Source of the DNA: a virus
Taxonomy: Duplodnaviria; Heunggongvirae; Uroviricota; Caudoviricetes
Length of the DNA: 64,000 bases
IMG/VR virus record: IMGVR_UViG_3300021979_000001
Coordinates: 354,948-418,947 of that record
Direction: 5' to 3' (one strand)
In this document: one piece after another, positions 18,053-28,508 of the stretch
Layout of the letters: every line of letters starts with the position of its first letter
Position numbering within the stretch: position 1 is the stretch's first letter
Translations under genes and position numbers: made by a program
The notes under the pieces: generated by a model
What the model was told of the DNA's origin: nothing
Database searches by the model: none
What the model saw: only the letters and a program-made list of their open reading frames with translations

Positions 18053-18931
18053 TTACGCATTTTCTGCAATTGTTTCGCCATGACGGATAATTTCATCCCG
18101 CCATTTTTTCCAAAATGTTTCGGTTTGATATTTGTATTTTTTCTGCCAATTCAACATATGGTTCTTCCCGGTTTCACCAAGCAATAACGTGATAACATCA
18201 TCCATTGTCATCTTTTTCAGGTTATCATACGAAACCGGGGTGCCGTTGATAACCAAGGTATCCGATGATTCGAAACCGAAAGTATAGTTAATTTTGACAA
18301 ATGGATCATGATACAAATCATCCCGATAATGAATATCGGTAAACTCGATCTTTTTTATCTTGCGCGGGATAGGTTGTGCCTCTAATGATGAACAAACACT
18401 TAACCGGTTCACACTTAAGTCGTTCGGCAAGCACAACATATCGGTGAATGGGTAACCGTTTGCTGCTTCGAGCGTCAACGATAAAGCTGATAACCCTGAT
18501 GGCAATTCTTCTACTTTAGTGTTTATAAAAATAACAATGCCACACGTCATATTGTCTGCCAATTTGACCGGAACCGTATTTTCCAAACACATAATATACA
18601 CCCGGTCTTTTTGTGCAGGAATATAATCAATTTTTGTTTTGCACAGCGATATTATACCAGAAACGACCATCGTTTCGGGAAAACGCGTGATGTTTGTCGC
18701 AACAATCATAAGTGATCCGTTTACTACCAGGTTTTCTGGTAGATAACTAATATTGTCGGAATTGATATGCAATTGACCATTCACCTGCAAGTTATCAGGT
18801 AACCGATAAATTTCACTACCAACCATAATATTCAAATCATGATTGACCACCAAATGGTCCGAATACATAAAATCATCCACCGGCATATCGATGCCATTGA
18901 TTTCAATCGTTTCGCGTGATGTATTGGTCAT
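18053..18931 (-). CDS. LPxxLxVxGxL repeat protein, paralog 1
   Basis: Same repeats and termini as paralog 2. Confidence 0.85.
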   Translation of the reverse strand: MTNTSRETIEINGIDMPVDDFMYSDHLVVNHDLNIMVGSEIYRLPDNLQVNGQLHINSDNISYLPENLVVNGSLMIVATNITRFPETMVVSGIISLCKTKIDYIPAQKDRVYIMCLENTVPVKLADNMTCGIVIFINTKVEELPSGLSALSLTLEAANGYPFTDMLCLPNDLSVNRLSVCSSLEAQPIPRKIKKIEFTDIHYRDDLYHDPFVKINYTFGFESSDTLVINGTPVSYDNLKKMTMDDVITLLLGETGKNHMLNWQKKYKYQTETFWKKWRDEIIRHGETIAENA

Positions 18932-18969
18932 GATATTATCTCCAAAATAATGCGTTTGATTATTGAAGT

Positions 18970-18998
18970 AATATACACCACAATTAAAAAAACGTCAA
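18970..18998 (-). promoter_or_regulatory. sigma70-type promoter, duplicated at 17993-18020
   Basis: TTGACG-N17-TATATT on the minus strand. Confidence 0.6.
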
Positions 18999-19107
18999 AC
19001 ATTTTTTAAAATATATTTGTATATTTTATATCATTACCAACGACTGTATAAAACCGACAAGGTTACATCCAAACTAATTCGGTATGTTTTGTTTAATTTA
19101 TTAGTGT

Positions 19108-19383
19108 TTAAAAATCATCGGAAAAATCAATATTTCCCACTTCGACGATGCCGCTTTCAACAAGCTGGGTATATCCACCAATTCGATCACCATCTACGAA
19201 AATTTGTGGCACGGTTCGGTATGATCCTTCCAATCCAAGTTTATCATATAACGCATTTCGGTCATCTGGATTATCAATTACAATTTCGGTAAAGTCCAGA
19301 TTACGTTCACCCAGGTATTGTTTTGCTTTCGTGCAAAACGGACAATTATACTTTGAATATATTTCAATTTTCATTCGTTTCAA
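19108..19383 (-). CDS. glutaredoxin
   Basis: CPFC active site and TVPQIF...IGGY. Confidence 0.92.
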   Translation of the reverse strand: MKRMKIEIYSKYNCPFCTKAKQYLGERNLDFTEIVIDNPDDRNALYDKLGLEGSYRTVPQIFVDGDRIGGYTQLVESGIVEVGNIDFSDDF

Positions 19384-19444
19384 TCCTTAATTTATAATTA
19401 ACCAATCTATCGGACGACATCATTTCATTCATTATCTATGATAT

Positions 19445-19888
19445 TTACCACCAACTATATGCTTTTGACGCCCGATATTTGTTACGGCGATATTTGGATG
19501 TTGGCAATTGAATGTTATTTACAATAATCTCATTATACAGATCATATAAATGACTGATATTTTTTCTGTTCCAACGGTTCATAACGTTTCCATAACCTTT
19601 ATACCGATAATGATACCGCCAATTCCACGCACTTGCCAAATCATTATATCTTTTTTTTGTCTCGATATACATACCGTATTCGTATGTTAATTCATCCGTT
19701 ATAACCATATCAATAGAATGATATTTTGTTAGCTTAATATTTCTGTATCTATATGCATAGCAATGTTCATAATACCCGAAGTGATCGTGACATTCTCCGT
19801 CATTCCTACGTATTATTTTTACTGCTCGTTTCAGTTTCTTTTCATTATTTGCCCGTTTTTTTAAATTTTTCCAACTACTATCTCGCAT
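19445..19888 (-). CDS. hypothetical basic protein
   Basis: 147-aa ORF in the operon. Confidence 0.6.
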   Translation of the reverse strand: MRDSSWKNLKKRANNEKKLKRAVKIIRRNDGECHDHFGYYEHCYAYRYRNIKLTKYHSIDMVITDELTYEYGMYIETKKRYNDLASAWNWRYHYRYKGYGNVMNRWNRKNISHLYDLYNEIIVNNIQLPTSKYRRNKYRASKAYSWW

Positions 19889-19895
19889 AAAATCA

Positions 19896-20597
19896 CTATC
19901 CTAACAATACTTTTTCATAAGCATAAACTGTTTTGAAAAACAGCCGCATGTTATTACTATTAACATTAGCATATTTGTTATCAATCAGCATCCAGTCGGA
20001 TGTGCTATCTGATATTACATCAGGGCCGAGAATGTTATAGATATATTGATGCATCGTTTTGAATGATGATATATCACCAACACATTCAATAGGATGTAGA
20101 TCAGTGGCGTCAAATATCGATATATAATCAGGCCATTCTATTTCAAACCAGTTTGACATCACTGACTGATCACTGATTATTATTTCACCCTTTCGAATGA
20201 ACACCAAACACATATTTGTTCGATTAGATCGAAACCAATTATGTCCACCGTCACAAAACGTCGTTCGGTCATTACTATATTTAAAATCATGTTGAAATTG
20301 ACTGAATATTACTTGTCCTTCATTGCTAATTGCACCATAAAACATTGTAGTTGCAATTTGGTTTGCTGTTTGTTTAATACCACCCTTATCTACATAGAAA
20401 TATTCCATATCATCATGTAATGATGCGATAGAATCATAAAAGATAGGTTCGGGTCCGCACCATTCATTACCAAAACCATAATCACGCATCACATTATATT
20501 GCCCCATATAATGGTATCTCGACTCATACTTATATGGGGCGGGCAAAAACATTGGTTTTAGTTTAGTAATTGATGCTGGATCAAAAAACAGCGACAC
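19896..20597 (-). CDS. hypothetical protein
   Basis: 233 aa with an FSQFQHDF...FCDGG..W.R motif. Confidence 0.65.
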   Translation of the reverse strand: MSLFFDPASITKLKPMFLPAPYKYESRYHYMGQYNVMRDYGFGNEWCGPEPIFYDSIASLHDDMEYFYVDKGGIKQTANQIATTMFYGAISNEGQVIFSQFQHDFKYSNDRTTFCDGGHNWFRSNRTNMCLVFIRKGEIIISDQSVMSNWFEIEWPDYISIFDATDLHPIECVGDISSFKTMHQYIYNILGPDVISDSTSDWMLIDNKYANVNSNNMRLFFKTVYAYEKVLLG

Positions 20598-20800
20598 TAA
20601 AATGATCCACCACTAATGGAAGCCATATCCTGGGTTGTTTTTTGTTCCTTTTCGATTATTTGTGCCATAAGATGCGCCAATATTGCTGTAATATCAACTG
20701 CTTCGTCGATTGGCATGCGGATTTCTCGTGATCCTTTGGCTGTTGCCAGACGAACCCGTTTGGTGAAATCGGAAACGACGGTTGAATCTATGGTATTCAT
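20597..20800 (-). CDS. hypothetical protein
   Basis: 67 aa, overlapping the RNase H stop. Confidence 0.65.
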   Translation of the reverse strand: MNTIDSTVVSDFTKRVRLATAKGSREIRMPIDEAVDITAILAHLMAQIIEKEQKTTQDMASISGGSF

Positions 20801-21918
20801 TTATAACCTTTATTCAAATATGCGGCATGATAGGTTGATTCTTTACTGATCGCGGGTAAATCGTGCTTGCCACAAAACTGCATGAAGTTCAATCCCACCA
20901 TAGCCACAGGTTCTTTTTGAACGGCATCAATTATCACCTGATCCATTTTCACTTTGATGTCATCTGGTTGCATAGACAGATCGATCAGTTTGCGATTTAT
21001 TTCATATTCATTCAGAACCTTTACCTCCTTGGTAATCGGGTTCCCGTCGGCATCATGTCCAACCAGTTTTTGCCAACGTTGCAACATGAAGTTATTCCAT
21101 TTGAACCCTTTCCCGCCCCTGTCTTCCCATGCTTCATTAATCCCGATTTTATTTTTTGATCCTTTTGTTCGGGCACCAGGACAGGCCGAAAAGATACCAT
21201 CCCCAGAATCACCACGAATGCATTTAAAAAATAGAGCCTTTTCCCACCAGTTAGGTTCAATCGTGAACGAAAATGGTTTAATTTCGTATTCAGGGTTTTT
21301 CTTTTTCTTTTCTTTTTCAGCTTTATCGTGCTTTTTTTTGACATCCGCAATGGTCCCGGAAACTTTTACTTTTCCGCTACTACCATCAACGGTAAAAACC
21401 AATTCGTTACCATTGGTATCAAAAACACCATTATGTTTAATATGACGTTCACCAACGCCATCATATATACTTACTTTTTCGGAAATCAATTGAACGAAAT
21501 CAGAATCCCCGGACAAAATGATATGTTCATCATCCGGGTGCAATTGGCACCATCTGGCAATAAAATCATCACCTTCCACACCATCACATTGTAGGACAGT
21601 GCAACGTGTTTTTTCAGAAACGAATGCGATAAAATCGTCCAGAATTTCAAAGAAGAAATCATCTTCTTCTTTTTCTTTCAACGATTTTGCCATTTTGGCA
21701 ACCCGTCGTGCTGCTTTATACTCTGGGTAAACTGCATTCCGCCAGGACTTACCTTCACATGCGAACACAATGTGGTCAGCATTAAAATCTTTATACAGTC
21801 GGTTAAGACTGCGAAACATGATGGTAAGAGACATCCCAGCACGACTGTAAATGTCACCACTGGTTACATGTCTGGCACGATTGAACAAATTCGCAATATC
21901 GACAATGGCATAACGCAT
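20797..21918 (-). CDS. rnh: T4 RNase H-like 5'-3' exonuclease (FEN family)
   Basis: IVDIANL, SWR..YPEYKA.R, EGDDFIA, SGDSDFVQL, RGDSGDGI, NRKLIDL. Confidence 0.9.
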   Translation of the reverse strand: MRYAIVDIANLFNRARHVTSGDIYSRAGMSLTIMFRSLNRLYKDFNADHIVFACEGKSWRNAVYPEYKAARRVAKMAKSLKEKEEDDFFFEILDDFIAFVSEKTRCTVLQCDGVEGDDFIARWCQLHPDDEHIILSGDSDFVQLISEKVSIYDGVGERHIKHNGVFDTNGNELVFTVDGSSGKVKVSGTIADVKKKHDKAEKEKKKKNPEYEIKPFSFTIEPNWWEKALFFKCIRGDSGDGIFSACPGARTKGSKNKIGINEAWEDRGGKGFKWNNFMLQRWQKLVGHDADGNPITKEVKVLNEYEINRKLIDLSMQPDDIKVKMDQVIIDAVQKEPVAMVGLNFMQFCGKHDLPAISKESTYHAAYLNKGYK

Positions 21919-22064
21919 TTTTTTGACCGCATTTTATTTTTGAAACAGCGGTAATTTTAAGTTATGAGCGGCGCGAAAGTCAATATTATTGTGTGATCAA
22001 AATATCCTACAGGCGGTAAGAAACGTTACCCTTACCGCCTGTTTATTCGGGATGTGACACGGTT

Positions 22065-22316
22065 TTATGCCACCGGCTCGTTTGTGGTGACATCCACCGT
22101 TGTAACGACATGACGACGCATTAGGTTATCATACAGAATAACCGGGTTCTCCCCCTTTGCGATCATGTTGTCGTAGTGAACAACTGGCGTTTCCCCAGCC
22201 CCACCAAGAACGTCATCAATTTGACGCATGATGTCAACATCAACAACGATAAAACGTGATTCTTCGACCATTTTTTTGTATCCTTTTGTTAAATGCTCCG
22301 CAACATAGCGAAACAT
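22065..22316 (-). CDS. hypothetical protein
   Basis: 83-aa ORF followed by a terminator-like hairpin. The start is uncertain. Confidence 0.5.
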   Translation of the reverse strand: MFRYVAEHLTKGYKKMVEESRFIVVDVDIMRQIDDVLGGAGETPVVHYDNMIAKGENPVILYDNLMRRHVVTTVDVTTNEPVA

Positions 22317-22416
22317 GGTCAGTTTTCATGGACCGTTAATTACCCAGAAATAAAAAAAAGGTCAAGCACATTTTTTATGCTGACCCTTTTTCAAAAACTA
22401 TTGTTTGACTTTGTGG

Positions 22417-23217
22417 TTATGAAAATTCCGACCCACCGTATCGAGTGCTACCTCGAAGATTAAACGGTATGTTATCAGGGTATGCATCTATGGGAACATC
22501 CATGTTAACACTATTGCAAACATCAGTAAACCACATATCCATTACATCCTGATCAGAACTTGCTTCGTAACCACTAGCCCGAAGGGTTTCAATCCATTGT
22601 GCATTCCAGTCCATTTCGAACTGAAAGCCGTTTATGCCTTTTGATTTGTCAAAGCCAGAATGAACAACATCAACCCATGGTTCATTTTTTAATGTTGCTA
22701 TTCCCTTTTCCATTTCGGTATCTGTAATTTCGCCGAAGGAATTGCGAATTTTGAGATAGGAAATGTCTTTTTCGACCGAAGACGCATTAGACAATTCAAC
22801 TTGTTTCATCAAATAGTCTTTTTCGCTAATATCACCGAACTTGTGCATAATATCAAGTTTGGCGATTTCTCGATCTTCTGCCCGGTGTGTGTAATCAACA
22901 AGTTTTAATTGATGTGTTTTATCATCAATAATACCAAATTCATGATCAAGATTAAGCTGATTATATTCATCATTATTCAATGAATTAATCTCACTTAGTC
23001 CGACATATTTTGAACACACCCCATGTTTGATTTTCGCAGTAATGAGTTTGATCTGCTTTTCAACACACTCATTGTCATCGAATTCTATATCAATAAGGGC
23101 CTTGTCTAAATCATATCCAGTAAAATAATATGCTGCTTCTGCCTCTCTCCGAACTTTTCCGTGCAACCCCCAGGATGCAGGCAACCATGAGAACGGAATA
23201 TAACGTTTTACTCGCAT
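22417..23217 (-). CDS. hypothetical protein (large-phage type)
   Basis: KGIATLKNEPWV...FEMDWN..WI..L...GY....D.WF..VC. ATAAATA upstream. Confidence 0.75.
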   Translation of the reverse strand: MRVKRYIPFSWLPASWGLHGKVRREAEAAYYFTGYDLDKALIDIEFDDNECVEKQIKLITAKIKHGVCSKYVGLSEINSLNNDEYNQLNLDHEFGIIDDKTHQLKLVDYTHRAEDREIAKLDIMHKFGDISEKDYLMKQVELSNASSVEKDISYLKIRNSFGEITDTEMEKGIATLKNEPWVDVVHSGFDKSKGINGFQFEMDWNAQWIETLRASGYEASSDQDVMDMWFTDVCNSVNMDVPIDAYPDNIPFNLRGSTRYGGSEFS

Positions 23218-23263
23218 ATCAATTAATACCTTACAGTTAAAATCATAGTTATTTATCTTTAAT

Positions 23264-23800
23264 TTATACTAAATGAACAATTTTTATTAAATCAGTGAAT
23301 GATTTACCATGTTTTTCTTTATCGAGCATGACCACACCAATGAAATCATTATGATCAGTAAACGTTACTGCCTGGCTGTTACCAATGACAATAAAATCTT
23401 TTGCAATCATTTGTGACGTTGCAATCACTAAATTTTTGTTACAAATAATTGATGCTTTTTGATAATTGGTCCAGTGTCTAACGGTTTCTGGTTTATTATG
23501 GTTCATTGGAATAAGATCAGATTGTGCCGGGTTCATCAATATAAACGCATTTCCAAACATTCGTGATGGAATATGGTTACACAATAAATTATGCAAATAA
23601 GTATGTAGATCAGTCATGGTTTCATCCCGATACTGGGATTTCACATCACATTGCGAAAATATTTCAAATAAAACTTTATCCTCTGCGTCGTATGTATTAT
23701 GAAAATATGTTGGCATAGATACCACATCAGGATTGTATTCAACCGTTACTGATCCATCAAAATGATTAGCTTTTGTCGTCGAAAAGAATAGATGTTTCAT
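23264..23800 (-). CDS. hypothetical protein
   Basis: 178-aa ORF. Confidence 0.65.
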   Translation of the reverse strand: MKHLFFSTTKANHFDGSVTVEYNPDVVSMPTYFHNTYDAEDKVLFEIFSQCDVKSQYRDETMTDLHTYLHNLLCNHIPSRMFGNAFILMNPAQSDLIPMNHNKPETVRHWTNYQKASIICNKNLVIATSQMIAKDFIVIGNSQAVTFTDHNDFIGVVMLDKEKHGKSFTDLIKIVHLV

Positions 23801-23839
23801 TTACTTTCTCACGAAATAATAAATACAGCATACATAACG

Positions 23840-24571
23840 TTAATTATTAATTGCACGCAAATAATAAGCATACGTAGCATAATCTGTTGTGATTTCGACC
23901 GACATAATGCCAACTCTGCTAATTTTCAATTCAACCGGGTGTGCATTAAACAGTTTTGTCATCGTTAAAAACAAATCGATTGACCATGTATGTGATACCG
24001 ATATATTTCCTTCGACATTATCAACGAATACCATACTGGCTTTTTGAGTTGATGCATTATCTTCACCAAGATTAAACACGAGGCGTCCGTCAACAATTTG
24101 GGTTGAGAAATTAGGATCAACACCCGAAAATAGACTAGCCAAGCGGCTAAAATCGGCCAAACTTTTCTTTTCCGGTGTTACGACAATATCCCATGGGATA
24201 TTTCCGATAGTAACCGGTTCGGTTACATCTGGACCCCCAAGGCGAAAATCAGCACCGATATTTTTTGAAACTCTAAATTCAAACGCTTCGGGCCGTTCAG
24301 TTCCACCCATAACACGGCGGCGCACGGAAAACGTTGATTCATCACAATTGTAGGCGGGAAATGCTAATAGCCCGGTCAGAACCTTGATATTGCGCATACC
24401 GCACTCACCGATCAAATCATTTTCCGGTTTGATAAGTTTGGCGTTAACGAACATCATTCGTTCAATATTGCCACTGAATACCGTTTCTGATGCGGTTCCC
24501 ACAATACGAACATTTTCAAGTTTACCACCAATATCGATATATTTGGTCAAATCACGCAACATATCACGCAT
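23840..24571 (-). CDS. probable DNA polymerase sliding clamp (gp45-like)
   Basis: 243 aa, directly downstream of the polymerase. Beta-rich, with a C-terminal YAYYLRA motif like T4-type clamps. Assigned by context, not alignment. Confidence 0.6.
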   Translation of the reverse strand: MRDMLRDLTKYIDIGGKLENVRIVGTASETVFSGNIERMMFVNAKLIKPENDLIGECGMRNIKVLTGLLAFPAYNCDESTFSVRRRVMGGTERPEAFEFRVSKNIGADFRLGGPDVTEPVTIGNIPWDIVVTPEKKSLADFSRLASLFSGVDPNFSTQIVDGRLVFNLGEDNASTQKASMVFVDNVEGNISVSHTWSIDLFLTMTKLFNAHPVELKISRVGIMSVEITTDYATYAYYLRAINN

Positions 24572-24638
24572 AACGAATTTCCTATAGTTAGTAGATCATA
24601 ATATTACTGTATACCCAGACGAAATCTCAATATTTTTG

Positions 24639-27602
24639 TCATCCAAAAACAAAGTATTCATCACCCGCATAATTTCTGGTTTTGCTCAAATCCCATTCAG
24701 GCAAAACACCGACTAAGTTATCGAGCTTTTTATCAATAATTGTATCTTCCATCAATGCATGATCAAATGGTAGTTCTTTGAACCATTTTGGAATATGTGG
24801 TTCATCAATCGGATACGCTATTGATTTGATACCCATAACATTCGGTTTCAACTTACATACGATAGTTTTGAATCCATCCGAAATACGCATAGAATACCGA
24901 TCCGCGTTGGATTCACATAAATTATTCCAATTCATTGCGGCCCGAACATGTCCTGGCATATTAATTTTTCCCTTTTCTTGACCTTTTTTACGAGGTCCAT
25001 ACAACCCATAATTAATAGCTTCGTTATGACGTTCCGTATAATCGTCCAATGCTTTAACAGCTTTGGGTGACCCTTTTTCCCATCCTGGACGGGCCTTAAA
25101 ATCAATGCGGAATTGGCGAACCCACTTATACATTTCTTCTTGATTTACTTCCGTCAACAATCCCAAAAGGATACGTTCAAGAAATTTCTGCATAAATTTT
25201 GGTGTATCTGCCCGTTTAAGATCAAGCCCCATTGCTTTCAATTTTCCGGGTTTACCATCCACATCTACCCGTTTCCCTTCATCGTCATAAACCAAACATG
25301 CATATTTCTTTTTCTTAATAAACAATCCCATCGATGCGACAATTTCACGACCTGCCGCGATGATTGCACCGCGTTCCAATCCAGTATTGAAATTATCATC
25401 CATAAATTTGGGGAATGTTTTATTAACTTCTTCCCCAATATTGTCATAGAGATCAATAATATTTTCACGAGACCATTCAAACTTAACGAACCGTGGATCA
25501 TCTTTCAGCACGTGATATGCAGAAAAGTAAATAGAGTCAGTATCGCCATAAATAATTGCGTCACCGGCGTTGTCGTATTTTCCCGTAATCGTTTCGTTGA
25601 TAGATGATCCCATATGTTTAGTGATGCAACGACCAGTCAGGGTAACCGACTGACCCAACCGTTTATCATAAAAACGTAATCCTTCGTTAAGCAATGCACC
25701 ATAAAGACTGTTAAGCAAAATTTTTCTAGCTTGCTGGCGTTGATCCCAATAATGGAACAATTCCGAAATTACTTTGGCCCTGGCATTATCATATGCCTTG
25801 ACAAGACCATCACGCATTTCAAGACCAAATTCACGAATATACGCAACAATACCTGAAATATCGCAGTTTTTTACCATATCCCCCAAGGATATAGCTGGGT
25901 TTACTTCATCAACATCACCCGAAAATTCTGCAACTTGTTTGATAATGTCTTCTGATACCTTTACGCCAAACATAATTGACTTAAAAGTATCTTTTTTCCG
26001 CTGCATTTCTTTACGTTGGGAATACCATTTCGCCAACAGCGCGGGAATCATTCCCTCAATATCGGTTCTGAATATGGTTCCGTTCGCACTTATACAAACG
26101 TGGTTTGCGGGATTGAAAATGTAATCCCACAGTTCCTCCCCGGAAAATGTCGCAGTAGTGCCATCATCGAAATCAACGATCAATTCCTTATCGTTGCGTT
26201 CCATCATATACTTATATTCGAGCGTTCCGAATAAGCCATCCCAGGCTTCTGCACCGGACATGCCTTTTTTCTTGCCAACCGGCATCATTCTTTCAGCCAG
26301 ATACGCATCAGTATATGTCGGACGGATTTGGCCGATGATTGTTTCTGGCGATAGGTTTAATGCCCGGATCGTGGATGGATACAGGGAGTTAAGGTCAACT
26401 GCGCCAATTTCTTTATGTAGGCCAACTTTTGGTTTGATAACATAAGCACCCGCGACCGATTTTCGTTCTGCATCATCATCTCCGGCATCAAGTGTCGGAT
26501 CGTATGCGTCACGTTTCGGGCGATTGGGCACAACAACGCCCACTTCATGCATTTCGTTAATGATTGCCTGTTCAACCAGGGCAACTGATCCCATGGTTGT
26601 TTTAAGCAATACACAATTGGCATGTGCAACCTGATTTGACAGTTCAATGTATTTTAATTTCTGATCAATCTTGACCAGCAGGTCAACGTCCTGTCTGTTA
26701 TATGCAATAAATTTCTCAAAATCTTTTTTATAAAGATCGTCTAATGTCCCTTCATACGGAATCTTATTTTCGTTAACTTCAATTTCACCAACATAATCGA
26801 GTCGATATGAGTGCAACTGTTGTGTTACATGTTTTTGATATAACAACAAATAATCAAGATGAATACGTCCAACCAAGTCATAGGTTACGTGTTCGCGGTT
26901 GAATTTTATGTATTCACGACGTAGTGGCTGTTTTCCCCACAAACAGAAATTAGATAAGATTTCTTCGCCCATGATTCGGCGCATACGATTGACCAGATAT
27001 GGAATATCGTATCCTTCCGAGTTCCAACCGGAAAGAACATCAATATCTTCAATCAAGTCCAGGAATACCGTTAATAAATCGGCTTCATCAGTAAACAGAA
27101 TAGTATTGTCGAATTTATCAACGATTTTCTGCGCATCATGGACTGAATATGTCGGCGGGCATAATACAAGGGTGGTTAATTTTTGCCATTTACTGTGCCA
27201 CAATGTAATTGCAGTAACAGCATTAAATGGGTCATCAGTTGGGGCAAACCCAAATTCAGGCGAAAAATCCACCTCAATATCGAAAAGACCGATATTAAGT
27301 TCCGGGGCTTCTACCCCATGATAATTTTCTGATAATGATCGGAAAACAGGATTAATGTCGCTTTCAAAAATGGTGCGACCTTCTGCCTCAAATTTATGTA
27401 ATGCGTTTTTGAATTTGTATGCTGTTTGTGTAACAAACTTTTTGCAAGGATCATTGAAAATTGATCGATGACTACCTGATGGATGCGAATAATATAACAC
27501 ATGATTAACTGGGAACGTGCGGTATATTCGTTCTCCATTAACCCGCTCAACAACCGAAATAGTGTCTTCACGGCGATCATAAAATGCATCAATATAACTC
27601 AA
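24639..27602 (-). CDS. family B DNA polymerase (T4 gp43-like)
   Basis: Exo motifs DIEVD, GWNSEGYDIPY, YNRQDV. Pol motifs DLNSLYPS, KILLNSLYG, YGDTDS, KKKYA. TTG start with GGAG RBS. Confidence 0.97.
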   Translation of the reverse strand: MSYIDAFYDRREDTISVVERVNGERIYRTFPVNHVLYYSHPSGSHRSIFNDPCKKFVTQTAYKFKNALHKFEAEGRTIFESDINPVFRSLSENYHGVEAPELNIGLFDIEVDFSPEFGFAPTDDPFNAVTAITLWHSKWQKLTTLVLCPPTYSVHDAQKIVDKFDNTILFTDEADLLTVFLDLIEDIDVLSGWNSEGYDIPYLVNRMRRIMGEEILSNFCLWGKQPLRREYIKFNREHVTYDLVGRIHLDYLLLYQKHVTQQLHSYRLDYVGEIEVNENKIPYEGTLDDLYKKDFEKFIAYNRQDVDLLVKIDQKLKYIELSNQVAHANCVLLKTTMGSVALVEQAIINEMHEVGVVVPNRPKRDAYDPTLDAGDDDAERKSVAGAYVIKPKVGLHKEIGAVDLNSLYPSTIRALNLSPETIIGQIRPTYTDAYLAERMMPVGKKKGMSGAEAWDGLFGTLEYKYMMERNDKELIVDFDDGTTATFSGEELWDYIFNPANHVCISANGTIFRTDIEGMIPALLAKWYSQRKEMQRKKDTFKSIMFGVKVSEDIIKQVAEFSGDVDEVNPAISLGDMVKNCDISGIVAYIREFGLEMRDGLVKAYDNARAKVISELFHYWDQRQQARKILLNSLYGALLNEGLRFYDKRLGQSVTLTGRCITKHMGSSINETITGKYDNAGDAIIYGDTDSIYFSAYHVLKDDPRFVKFEWSRENIIDLYDNIGEEVNKTFPKFMDDNFNTGLERGAIIAAGREIVASMGLFIKKKKYACLVYDDEGKRVDVDGKPGKLKAMGLDLKRADTPKFMQKFLERILLGLLTEVNQEEMYKWVRQFRIDFKARPGWEKGSPKAVKALDDYTERHNEAINYGLYGPRKKGQEKGKINMPGHVRAAMNWNNLCESNADRYSMRISDGFKTIVCKLKPNVMGIKSIAYPIDEPHIPKWFKELPFDHALMEDTIIDKKLDNLVGVLPEWDLSKTRNYAGDEYFVFG

Positions 27603-27635
27603 AAAAATCTCCCTTGCATTAAAACAGCAAGTTAT

Positions 27636-27944
27636 TTAGATATTATTATTTTCGTAATTATCAAAACATAGTTGGAACATAACCAGGTCTTCGTAGTTTT
27701 CAAATCCAAATTCTACGTAAAATGTGTTATTTAAACATTCGATAGTTTCCTCAAACATAATATACAACCCGGTTGGGTTATAAATATCTTCAATACCAAT
27801 CAACATTTGGTATCCATCATACAAACTACATGTTTTCTTGATTTTTATGCGATTACGCAAAATATTTTCACGCATTGGGTATGATAGGAGATCAAATTGT
27901 TTTCTTGATAATGCTTTATAATGAATTAATTTTGTTTCATTCAT
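27636..27944 (-). CDS. hypothetical protein with a C-terminal FENYEDLVMFQL motif
   Basis: 102 aa. The motif is shared with other ORFs in the window. Confidence 0.6.
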   Translation of the reverse strand: MNETKLIHYKALSRKQFDLLSYPMRENILRNRIKIKKTCSLYDGYQMLIGIEDIYNPTGLYIMFEETIECLNNTFYVEFGFENYEDLVMFQLCFDNYENNNI

Positions 27945-28010
27945 ATTTTTGATCCGAAAAAATATGGAGGCGGACCTAATTACCCGCCTCCTATCTAAAT
28001 ATTAGATTGA

Positions 28011-28265
28011 TTAGCTGCGTCCGGCCAATTCTAAAATTTCGTCAATTTCGTCATTGATTACTCGCACTTCATCACGAAGTGCTTTAAATTCAATACGGAC
28101 CGCATTGTTCAGAACCGAAGGCTTGGTCCCAATTTCTTCTGCCATCGATTTCGTTGATTCTTTCAGACCTTCTTGCAAATCAGCGATGTCCTGGCGGATA
28201 CGTAACGCGGCTTCCATGTAGGTCTTAAGTCGGGAACGGGTATCGGCATTAATGGTATCAAACAT
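28011..28265 (-). CDS. small coiled-coil DNA-binding protein (T4 DsbA / DUF2312-like)
   Basis: 84 aa helical pattern (RLKTYMEAALRIRQDIADL...LNNAVRIEFK). Probable ATG 28265 with an AAGGA RBS. Confidence 0.55.
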   Translation of the reverse strand: MFDTINADTRSRLKTYMEAALRIRQDIADLQEGLKESTKSMAEEIGTKPSVLNNAVRIEFKALRDEVRVINDEIDEILELAGRS

Positions 28266-28508
28266 GAGGGAATATCCTTGTAATGTGAACTTTTTACATG
28301 CAGCTTCGTTGCTGTGAAAGAACAATACGGGAACTCGATATGCTGCGTCAATATTTTCGTTCACCATAAATATTGTTTTTTTTCAATACCTTAAATAAGC
28401 ATATGAACAATAATTTTAAATATAATGTTTATCATAGTAGAAATAATGGTTTACAAATATTATTCACCCGGTAATATATATTAATAACCCCAACTGAAAG
28501 GACGAAAA

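Larger units (their letters stand above)
17072..18998. repeat. tandem ~0.97 kb duplication (promoter + RBS + gene)
   Basis: 17955-18020 resembles 18932-18998 and 17072-17140 resembles 18043-18111, almost identically. Confidence 0.8.

Noticed and set aside
24639-27602. Intein or intron in the DNA polymerase
   Set aside because: The ORF is continuous, and the insertion lacks C/S-start, HN-C/S/T end and LAGLIDADG motifs.
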